The notes beneath the pieces were generated by a model that worked only from the letters and a program-made list of their open reading frames with translations, was not told where the DNA came from and ran no database searches. The position numbers were made by a program, and so were the translations under genes. Below are positions 27,789-35,438 of a DNA stretch of 64,000 nt, in pieces. The stretch spans positions 10,807 through 74,806 of the forward strand of contig CANEUH010000017.1 in the NCBI GenBank assembly GCA_947441615.1. Reading direction: 5' to 3'. This DNA is from Bacteriovoracaceae bacterium. GTDB taxonomy: Bacteria > Bdellovibrionota > Bacteriovoracia > Bacteriovoracales > Bacteriovoracaceae. Position 1 is the first letter of the stretch; each line of letters opens with the position of its first letter.

Positions 27789-29072
27789 ATGAAAATTCTA
27801 ACAATCATTTGCTTCGTTTTCTCATTCAATATTTTTGCCGCTGAAGTTGCACCCAGTGATTTTACATTCAAGAATGGAATGGCTGTTTTCGTAGATTTTA
27901 GAGAAGCGGAATACAAAGTAGTTGTTGATTTCAAAAAGAAAACATCAACAGTGGTGTCAAAAGTTCAATTCTACCAAGACAAGAGTGGATTTCCTATCTT
28001 TGACATCCGAACAAAAATACAGCGCTTAATGATTGATTCGAATAAATCATCTGCCTCAGAAGTTACTCCTCCCGGTGCCGAGACAAAACTAAGAGTGCTA
28101 AACCGATATCTCGAAAAAGGACTTCATTCTTTAGAAGTTGAAAGTGATATTGGTGAATTCGCAGGTGGAATTGATTTTGATAGTAATAGGCTCGATTTTG
28201 ATATGAGTTTATCTGACTTATTAGACAGAGAATTTTTTGAAATCTGGGCAGTTTCAAATTTGGAGTATGATCAATTCCCTTCTACATTTGAGTTAACGAT
28301 TTTAAATTCAAAGACTAATCACAAGATCTACCATAATGGCACGACACTTCACCAAAGGCAGAATTTCTTTAAGTTATCTTTTCCGGATTATTTTAATACT
28401 TCTGCGGCATACATCCACATCGCTCCAGTCGGTGCCTATCGAGAAAAGTCTTTTGAGATAGAATCTATTTCTGGGCTAAAGGTTCCAGTATTAATCTATA
28501 CGATGGAGGACCCATCTCCGGATGATATTTTAGATCGTGCAGCTTCAGAAACTTTAAGCTTCTTCCATGAGCTTGAGAGTAAAATTGGTGCCTGGCCTCA
28601 TCAGCGGCTTTTAATACAGATTAATGAAGGACCTGGAGGAATGGAATATCACGGGGCAACTTCATCCGGAATAGAAGACCTAAGGCATGAATTGATACAT
28701 AGCTATTTTGCCCGTGGAGTCATGTCATCAGATGGAAAATCAAGTTGGATAGATGAAGCCATCACAGAGTGGATAACTCATGGATACAAAAATCAGGAAC
28801 TGCCTTGCTTAACATCAAAAGATTGTTCGCTGAAACTTAATGAGCTTCCTTCTTATATTAGACATACAACTGTTTATTATCACCATGGAGAAGCTTTTAT
28901 TTCTTTTTTAAATAACAAATTTAAGTCTCAGGGCGGAATGCTGCCTTTCTTATCTTGGTTTTTTCTAAAGTATAAGTTTATACCTATTAGTACAGAAATT
29001 CTTAAATCTGAATTGGAGCTGTATTTTAATTCTGATTTGACCTATGATTTCGGGACTTACATTTACAATTAA
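27789..29072 (+). CDS. secreted gluzincin metallopeptidase, M1 (aminopeptidase N)-like catalytic core
   Basis: Signal peptide MKILTIICFVFSFNIFA. GGMEY (GxMEN-like) followed by HELIH-x18-E (HELIHSYFARGVMSSDGKSSWIDE). At ~427 aa it is far shorter than a canonical M1 enzyme. Confidence 0.6.
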   Translation: MKILTIICFVFSFNIFAAEVAPSDFTFKNGMAVFVDFREAEYKVVVDFKKKTSTVVSKVQFYQDKSGFPIFDIRTKIQRLMIDSNKSSASEVTPPGAETKLRVLNRYLEKGLHSLEVESDIGEFAGGIDFDSNRLDFDMSLSDLLDREFFEIWAVSNLEYDQFPSTFELTILNSKTNHKIYHNGTTLHQRQNFFKLSFPDYFNTSAAYIHIAPVGAYREKSFEIESISGLKVPVLIYTMEDPSPDDILDRAASETLSFFHELESKIGAWPHQRLLIQINEGPGGMEYHGATSSGIEDLRHELIHSYFARGVMSSDGKSSWIDEAITEWITHGYKNQELPCLTSKDCSLKLNELPSYIRHTTVYYHHGEAFISFLNNKFKSQGGMLPFLSWFFLKYKFIPISTEILKSELELYFNSDLTYDFGTYIYN

Positions 29073-29093
29073 AAGATTAATTTCGGGTGAGTT

Positions 29094-29483
29094 ATGAAGT
29101 TAACACATACTTTCTTTATTTTAATTCTCTTGTCGAAATCCTCGTTTGCTCAATTTATAAACCCGAGTAATCCCCTCAATGCTGCATTAAATACTTCCAG
29201 CGCCATTTTACAATCTTTCAAAAAAGACTCTATTCCAAAAGATTCTTTGATGGGAGTCTGTGAATTCAATGGGGGAACCTGTAACGGAGCAGAAGTCGAA
29301 TTGTTTGAAAGTGATAAAAAAGTTTTTTCTGCAACAATTACATCAAGTTCAGAATTTAAAATTCCAAGGCTTAAGATAGACGTCAGTTATAAGTTTATAA
29401 TAACTTGGAAGAAGCATAATCTAATCGAGGCGCGAACTGTAAATGCAGGAGAATTTGTGAGCATAAAAGTTTCAAGGCCATAA
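29094..29483 (+). CDS. hypothetical small secreted protein
   Basis: Signal peptide MKLTHTFFILILLSKSSFA. The beta-rich body may be a carboxypeptidase-regulatory-like fold, but that is only a guess. Confidence 0.5.
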   Translation: MKLTHTFFILILLSKSSFAQFINPSNPLNAALNTSSAILQSFKKDSIPKDSLMGVCEFNGGTCNGAEVELFESDKKVFSATITSSSEFKIPRLKIDVSYKFIITWKKHNLIEARTVNAGEFVSIKVSRP

Positions 29484-29490
29484 TTTTTTT

Positions 29491-29512
29491 AAATTGACTA
29501 CAAATTGACTAC
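29491..29512 (+). repeat. perfect tandem 11-mer AAATTGACTAC x2
   Basis: Read directly at 29491-29501 and 29502-29512, inside the islet about 130 nt from the attR-like repeat. Confidence 0.9.
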
Positions 29513-29519
29513 GGCCCCT

Positions 29520-29549
29520 CGAAATAGCCCGAAATTCACCGAAATGGAC
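29520..29549 (+). repeat. three CGAAAT motifs phased at exactly 10 bp
   Basis: CGAAATAGCC CGAAATTCAC CGAAATGGAC, with motif starts at 29520, 29530 and 29540. Confidence 0.9.
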
Positions 29550-29640
29550 CGCACTGAAAATTGAATTAACTCTTGAGAATCGTTGATAAAAATTAAGAAT
29601 TACATAAACTTAGAAATTGCTCTTCCCTGACTCATAACCC

Positions 29641-29700
29641 GAAGGTCACGGGTATCAAATCCTGCTCCCGCAACCAAAAATCTTAAAATTTATCTTTCTA
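29641..29700 (+). repeat. direct repeat copy 2 (attR-like): non-functional fragment of the tRNA-fMet 3' half
   Basis: CTCATAACCCGAAGGTCACGGGTATCAAATCCTGCTCCCGCAACCAAAAATCTTAAAATT. It lacks the tRNA 5' half, and the divergent patch disrupts the T-stem. Confidence 0.85.
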
Positions 29701-29910
29701 GTAGAATTAATTTTTCTCATTATTTTCTTAGCTTCAGGTTAGCTGGAGAGGCGGCCATTTGAGAAAATGTCATTCAATCACAAGCATTTAAATGTCAGAT
29801 ACATTTATTGAACAAATCAACTCGTCATCCATTTTTTAATTTCCTTACCTATTGTTTTTCCAATAATATCTGCGTGATTCAAACGTTTGTTTCAGTTAAA
29901 GGGGTATGAA

Positions 29911-31392
29911 GTGAAGCTCGCTTATTTTCTTTGTTTACTTAGTTTTTTTTCTTTTCATGCACTAGGCAATGAAACCTTGAGTATTAGTGAAAAGAGCTTG
30001 CTGGGTCTTTCACTCGAAACCTCACCCCAGTGGGAATCAATTGAGGCTGCTTTCTTGGCTTCAAAATCTGAGGCCATGCAACTCAAAGATAGATTCCGTC
30101 CAGAAGTCTTTGCTCAAGGCAAGTACGCTGAAAATCGTGAAAGACCAATCATTCAATTCATTCCTATTTGGAGCCCCATTAAAACTGCCCAGGTGGGAGT
30201 TCGGCAAGCCTTTAGAGGTGGCGTCTCTTTAAGCGCTGCCGTAGGTACAGATCAAAGAAGTGCAATGTCAGCTGCCGGGACTTTTCGAGATGTGACCACG
30301 ACTGTTGCAAGACTTGATTTACAAGTCGATCTCTGGAGGGATCTACTAGGGCGTTTAAGTAAAGCTCAAATTGATTCGGCGAGCTTGAATCAAGAAAGAG
30401 CTGATCTTGAAAAAGAAATAAACCGCAAAGCTTTCGCAGTTTCCTTGAGAAGAACTTATTGGTCTTTAGTTGCTAACAATGAACAAATTAAAATTTATGA
30501 TGAATTAAAAAAAACGGCACAAGATCAACTTAAAGACTCAAATCAACGCTTACTTGCGGGAGTCAGTGATAAAGGAGAAGTTGCAAGATATGAAGCACAA
30601 GTTGCATCCCGAAAAGGGTCAGCGCTATATTATCGCTACCAGCATGAGATACTGGTTAAACAACTAAAAATGCTTCTACCAGAATTGAAAGATAAAGAAA
30701 TTATTCTCAGTAATTATGATGTTTCTTCAATGATAAAAAACGTTCTTGGTTGCACAGAAATCATTGCATCACAGAGAAATATTCCATTCGATTTTACACG
30801 ATATGATGAGATAACTGAGCTTATAAGAAAAACACAAAAAGAGCAGATGAAACTTGCCTCTAGCTATGATGAGGTCGATTTAAAGTTCTTAGCTACACTT
30901 AAATCTACTGGTCTTGGGAGCAATTCTAACCCAGCTGGAAAGAATGTAGGCTCGTACGGCGCCTCAATAGATGATATGGCAAACAACAATCGTACTGGTT
31001 ACTCTGCAGGTCTTGAACTTGTGATTCCTGTAGGGAAAGGTGACACAAAACAAACTCAAGAGCTTCTCGCACAAAAGAAATTTGATTATCAATTAAGTCA
31101 TAATGATGCACTTATAGGAAATACTCACAACCAGCTCGTCAAAATTATCCGAATTTTATCTGATGTGGTTATTGCTCAAAAAGAAAACTCTGAAGCTCTT
31201 GAGCGCAGGCTTATTGTTCAAAATAGGAAATTTAAAGAAGCGAGACTTAATGTGAATGATCTCATTCAAGATCAAGATGCTTTTTTGAATTCTAGTCTTA
31301 CAACGATCAACACACAGTTAGAGATTCTGAATACTCTTTTTGATTACCTTGTCGTCTTTACGGAAACTCCATGTGAGTTTAACAGGATATAA
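29911..31392 (+). CDS. TolC-family outer membrane efflux protein
   Basis: Signal peptide (M)KLAYFLCLLSFFSFHALG from the GTG at 29911, with an AAAGGGG RBS. Two-repeat coiled-coil architecture with blocks typical of the OEP family. A 3-nt gap precedes the RND gene. Confidence 0.75.
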   Translation: MKLAYFLCLLSFFSFHALGNETLSISEKSLLGLSLETSPQWESIEAAFLASKSEAMQLKDRFRPEVFAQGKYAENRERPIIQFIPIWSPIKTAQVGVRQAFRGGVSLSAAVGTDQRSAMSAAGTFRDVTTTVARLDLQVDLWRDLLGRLSKAQIDSASLNQERADLEKEINRKAFAVSLRRTYWSLVANNEQIKIYDELKKTAQDQLKDSNQRLLAGVSDKGEVARYEAQVASRKGSALYYRYQHEILVKQLKMLLPELKDKEIILSNYDVSSMIKNVLGCTEIIASQRNIPFDFTRYDEITELIRKTQKEQMKLASSYDEVDLKFLATLKSTGLGSNSNPAGKNVGSYGASIDDMANNNRTGYSAGLELVIPVGKGDTKQTQELLAQKKFDYQLSHNDALIGNTHNQLVKIIRILSDVVIAQKENSEALERRLIVQNRKFKEARLNVNDLIQDQDAFLNSSLTTINTQLEILNTLFDYLVVFTETPCEFNRI

Positions 31393-31395
31393 TAT

Positions 31396-34300
31396 ATGAA
31401 ATTCTTCGTAGATTTTTTTATACGTAACTATAAGCTAACAATCGTTGTTACTTGCTTCTTTGTGATCATGGGGCTTCAGGGCCTTTCTCGAATGAAATCT
31501 GAATCGTGGCCACAAGTTGATTTTGCAATGGCAACAATTGTAACACAATACAAGGGGGCGTCTCCCTCTGACATAGAAGCACTTATCACCAAACCAATTG
31601 AAGATGAAATCAGAACTGTTTCAGGTCTAAAGGATGTTAAGTCTATTTCTCAAACTGGTTTGAGTACAATCCTCGTTCGAATCGATATGGATAAAGTTGA
31701 TGAACGAGAGGTGATGGATGATTTGCAAAAAGCAGTTCAGCGCGTTTCTAAGTTTCCAACGGATCTAGAACAAAGGCCAATTTTTACTCAGATTAAATCT
31801 GACGAATTCCCTGCGATGGAAATTGCTATCGTTGCTTCAGGAGAAGAAAGACTGCGTGATCGAATCGCAGACCTTTTGAAAAATGAAATTGAAGATTTAG
31901 ATGAAGTCAAAGATGTGAGACCGATTGGTTACCGCGAAAGAGAATTTACGATTGAGCTTGACCTAACCAAAATGGATAAACTGCATATTGGAGTTCCAGC
32001 AGTTTTGAATAAACTCCAGTCACGGAACATTTCTCTTCCTGGAGGAGATATCAATTCTGGCGCTAGAAAGGACTTGGTAAGACTTGACGCTAAAGTCAAA
32101 GATGCGCGGGAGCTTGGTGAAATAGTCATACGCTCGAATTTTACAGGACAAAATGTTCTATTAAAAGATATCGCTGTTGTTATAGATGGAGCTGAAGAGC
32201 CACGCTCACTTGCTGCCTATGAAGGAAAGGGTTCTGTCAGTTTGATCGTGAATAAAAAAGGTGGGGCCGATACGCTGGATCTGGCACGAAAGGTTCATGA
32301 GATCATCGAAATTTATCGTAAAAACTGGAAAGGTAAAGCTGATTTTATTGTTTACAATGATGAGGGTAAAAAAGTTGAAACTAAATTATCAACCCTTGCC
32401 TCTAATGCTTGGTCTGGTTTGATCCTTCTCATTATCTTCTTAATGATTTTTATGCCTGGTTGGATTGGAGCGATGGCAGCACTTTCTCTTCCTATTGGTG
32501 TGATGACGGTTTTTGGACTCATGCCAAGCTTTGGATTAAATCTTGATTCTATTTCGATACTTGCCTTTATTATTGCCATGGGAAATCTAGTCGATAACTC
32601 AATTGTTATCAGTGATAATTTCGTGGATCTTCGCCGAAAGGGAATGGAAATTGTTCCGGCAGTTAAGAAATCTGTGATGGATTTATGGGCGCCAATTACC
32701 GCAACCGTTTTGACCACGATTGCTTCTTTTTTGCCGATGCTTGTAACTCAAGGGATACTTGGAAAATTTATTGCTCCAATCCCAATCGTTGTGACTCTTG
32801 CATTACTTGTTTCACTCGTGGAATCATTTTTTCTTTTACCGATGCGATTAGTGGTCGTCGGACATAGAGTTAAAGAAACCAAGGCAGGAGAATCTCACTG
32901 GTTTGATAGATTTAAACTAAAATTTGAAGTCTTAATGAACTGGGTTGTCACTCACCGTTATATGACTGTGGGTGGATGTACTGTTCTCATCATAGGTGCA
33001 TTTGCCATGATGATTTTTGGTAACAACTTCATCTTATTTCCTGCTGATCAAACAGAAATCTATATCGCTCGAGTGGAATCTCCTAAAGGAACTCCTCTTG
33101 AAAAAACTTTAATGAATGTTTCGACACTTTCAAAGGACATAAGAAATCTAGTTCCAGATTGGGCCAAACATGTAACTGCGAAGGCAGGCTCCTCAAAAGT
33201 TAGTGGCGATGATCCTAAAGGTGGAGAAGGGGACTCACAAGGACTTGTTGTCATTTATGCAAGTGATCTCGCAAAATTCGGAGTCCCACACACACAATTT
33301 TTAGCAAAGCTGCGGACTCTTGATGTCAAAAAATATGGAACTGTCATTTTTGAGGAATTGATTAATGGCCCACCAGTGGGATCTCCAATCAATGCAACTT
33401 TTCGTTCCAACGATCCTGATCAACTTCAGTCGGCGATTGATCACCTCAGAAATAAAATCGCACCAATTGAAGGAGTCATAGATCTTAAGGTTGATGACTT
33501 TGTAGATGCTAATGAAGTGCTAGTGAAACTTGATTACTTAGATGCTGACCGGCGAGGAGTTAGCGTTTCTGAAGTTGGAACGACTGTGAGAGCGGCATTG
33601 GGTGGAATATTCATTTCAGATGTCACTTTGAATAATAAAGAAGTTAATCTCAATGTTAAGTTCATGGACAACTTTCGCGAAAAAGAAAGTAATTTGGGTA
33701 AGATCAAGGTTACTGATGGTCAAGGAAACCTTGTACCACTGGGAAGTATCGCAACATTTAAAAACATACCAGGCACACCACAAATTAAACGATTTGATTT
33801 TAAGAGAGCAAAGACTCTCGTCGGAGGAGTTGATGAGGCCAACACGACGGCTTTTGCCATTAATAAAATTCTTAAAGATGAGTGGAGCACTATCCGAGCT
33901 CAATATCCTGAGGTCTCATTAGTCTTCGGGGGTGTTGAAGAAAGTACTCAAGAAAGTATGCAGTCTCTCTTTGATGCTCTTATCTTGGCACTCATCGGAA
34001 TATTTGCACTTCTGGTTTTTATGTTTCATTCATTCCTAAGACCTTTTATTATTATGATGACTATTCCTTTAGGATTGATTGGATTTTCTGTTGCTTTCTT
34101 TCTCCACGGAAGACCTGTTTCCTTTATGGCGCTTATTGGAATCATTGGATTAACTGGAATCATTGTGAATTCAGGAATTGTCTTAATTGAATTTATTGAA
34201 ATCGCTAGACGTGAAGGTATGGCATTACACCAAGCTTTGGTTAAGGCTTCAAGCCAAAGACTACTTGCTGTTGTTGCTACTGCTTTTTCCACGGTCTTGG

Positions 34301-34530
34301 GTCTTTTTCCAACTGCCTATGGTATTGGAGGTTCAGACGACATGCTCATACCTATCACTCTTGCAATGGCCTGGGGCCTAACTTCAGGAACACTCTTAAC
34401 ATTAGTTTTCATACCTCCTGCTTATGCGATTTTAGAAGACTGGGTAGCTTTTCTTAAGCGTGTACCAGTTTTTTCAAGAATGATGATAACAATGGAGAAG
34501 ACTAATGAGCCGAGTGGAGACTTAACATGA
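31396..34530 (+). CDS. RND (AcrB/AcrD/AcrF family) efflux transporter
   Basis: 1044 aa with 12-TM plus two large periplasmic loop architecture. N-terminal FFIRNYKLTIVV. SISILAFIIAMGNLVDNSIVISDN (TM4 D-containing motif). Confidence 0.9.
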   Translation: MKFFVDFFIRNYKLTIVVTCFFVIMGLQGLSRMKSESWPQVDFAMATIVTQYKGASPSDIEALITKPIEDEIRTVSGLKDVKSISQTGLSTILVRIDMDKVDEREVMDDLQKAVQRVSKFPTDLEQRPIFTQIKSDEFPAMEIAIVASGEERLRDRIADLLKNEIEDLDEVKDVRPIGYREREFTIELDLTKMDKLHIGVPAVLNKLQSRNISLPGGDINSGARKDLVRLDAKVKDARELGEIVIRSNFTGQNVLLKDIAVVIDGAEEPRSLAAYEGKGSVSLIVNKKGGADTLDLARKVHEIIEIYRKNWKGKADFIVYNDEGKKVETKLSTLASNAWSGLILLIIFLMIFMPGWIGAMAALSLPIGVMTVFGLMPSFGLNLDSISILAFIIAMGNLVDNSIVISDNFVDLRRKGMEIVPAVKKSVMDLWAPITATVLTTIASFLPMLVTQGILGKFIAPIPIVVTLALLVSLVESFFLLPMRLVVVGHRVKETKAGESHWFDRFKLKFEVLMNWVVTHRYMTVGGCTVLIIGAFAMMIFGNNFILFPADQTEIYIARVESPKGTPLEKTLMNVSTLSKDIRNLVPDWAKHVTAKAGSSKVSGDDPKGGEGDSQGLVVIYASDLAKFGVPHTQFLAKLRTLDVKKYGTVIFEELINGPPVGSPINATFRSNDPDQLQSAIDHLRNKIAPIEGVIDLKVDDFVDANEVLVKLDYLDADRRGVSVSEVGTTVRAALGGIFISDVTLNNKEVNLNVKFMDNFREKESNLGKIKVTDGQGNLVPLGSIATFKNIPGTPQIKRFDFKRAKTLVGGVDEANTTAFAINKILKDEWSTIRAQYPEVSLVFGGVEESTQESMQSLFDALILALIGIFALLVFMFHSFLRPFIIMMTIPLGLIGFSVAFFLHGRPVSFMALIGIIGLTGIIVNSGIVLIEFIEIARREGMALHQALVKASSQRLLAVVATAFSTVLGLFPTAYGIGGSDDMLIPITLAMAWGLTSGTLLTLVFIPPAYAILEDWVAFLKRVPVFSRMMITMEKTNEPSGDLT

Positions 34531-35144
34531 CCGAGACTCAGCTCCATGAGACAAAAGATAAAATACTTCATACGGCGAGATTTATTTTTTCCGCTAAAGG
34601 TTTTGAAGGAGCATCAATTCGACAAATTGCCTCTGAAGCTGGTGTAAATATTGCTGCAGTTAACTATCACTTCACTTCTAAAGATAAATTATTCAAGAAA
34701 GTCATCGATCTTGTTTTTCGCGAAACAAGCCAAAACATTCGAACAAGACGACTAGAAAATCCAAATGAAAAAGTAGATGATCTTGCGGTATGGATCTTTC
34801 GGTATTTTTTGGAAAAAGCAGATATTTTACGTTCTGTATTCCAAATGATGTTGTCTGAGAAAGGCTGGGGACCTGAGAATCAATGTTTAGATAACGGTGA
34901 GAAGTTTGGACCTCCCGGAGGTTTAGCGCTGGCCGAGGCAATAAGCCTTGAACTAGATCATGAAGTCAATGAAGCTGATATGTACTGGGCCGTAAAAATG
35001 ATATTTTCAAATGTTGTCCATCTCGCTTTGATGTATTCAAACCATTTTTGTAAAATGCCAAGTGAAGAAAAAAAGTATCATAATCAACATGATTTAGAGA
35101 AAGATATACACCGACTAGTCGGTGTTGTTTTGAAAGACTTATAA
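34527..35144 (+). CDS. TetR/AcrR family transcriptional regulator
   Basis: N-terminal HTH ILHTARFIFSAKGFEGASIRQIASEAGVNIAAVNYHFTSKDKLF. 4-nt overlap with the RND gene. Confidence 0.85.
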   Translation: MTETQLHETKDKILHTARFIFSAKGFEGASIRQIASEAGVNIAAVNYHFTSKDKLFKKVIDLVFRETSQNIRTRRLENPNEKVDDLAVWIFRYFLEKADILRSVFQMMLSEKGWGPENQCLDNGEKFGPPGGLALAEAISLELDHEVNEADMYWAVKMIFSNVVHLALMYSNHFCKMPSEEKKYHNQHDLEKDIHRLVGVVLKDL

Positions 35145-35438
35145 AAATTTATGACCAACTCAAAACTTCTATCGTCTCTAACCTGATTTTCACAATGGCA
35201 ATCTTCCTGTTGCACCTTCGGCTTTTGTTCAACCAATCTTGAGATACTTAAATCTCCCGAAACGGATCGAAGGATTCCATAATTTACGCAAGTAGAATTA
35301 AGAAGAAATTATGAATATCATCTCAGTGTTTTACCATATGATGCTTCCACTCACGAGGTATTCTCAGGTGTTGGTCAAAAGAGAATCCTGACCTATCAGC
35401 CAATGATTTATTATGATTCACCGTAAAACGATAATTAT

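Noticed and set aside
35145-35438. Known riboswitch (M-box or yybP-ykoY) upstream of the P-type ATPase
   Set aside because: I could not recognise the conserved cores of these riboswitches by eye. The region is kept only as a low-interest flag for an Rfam scan.
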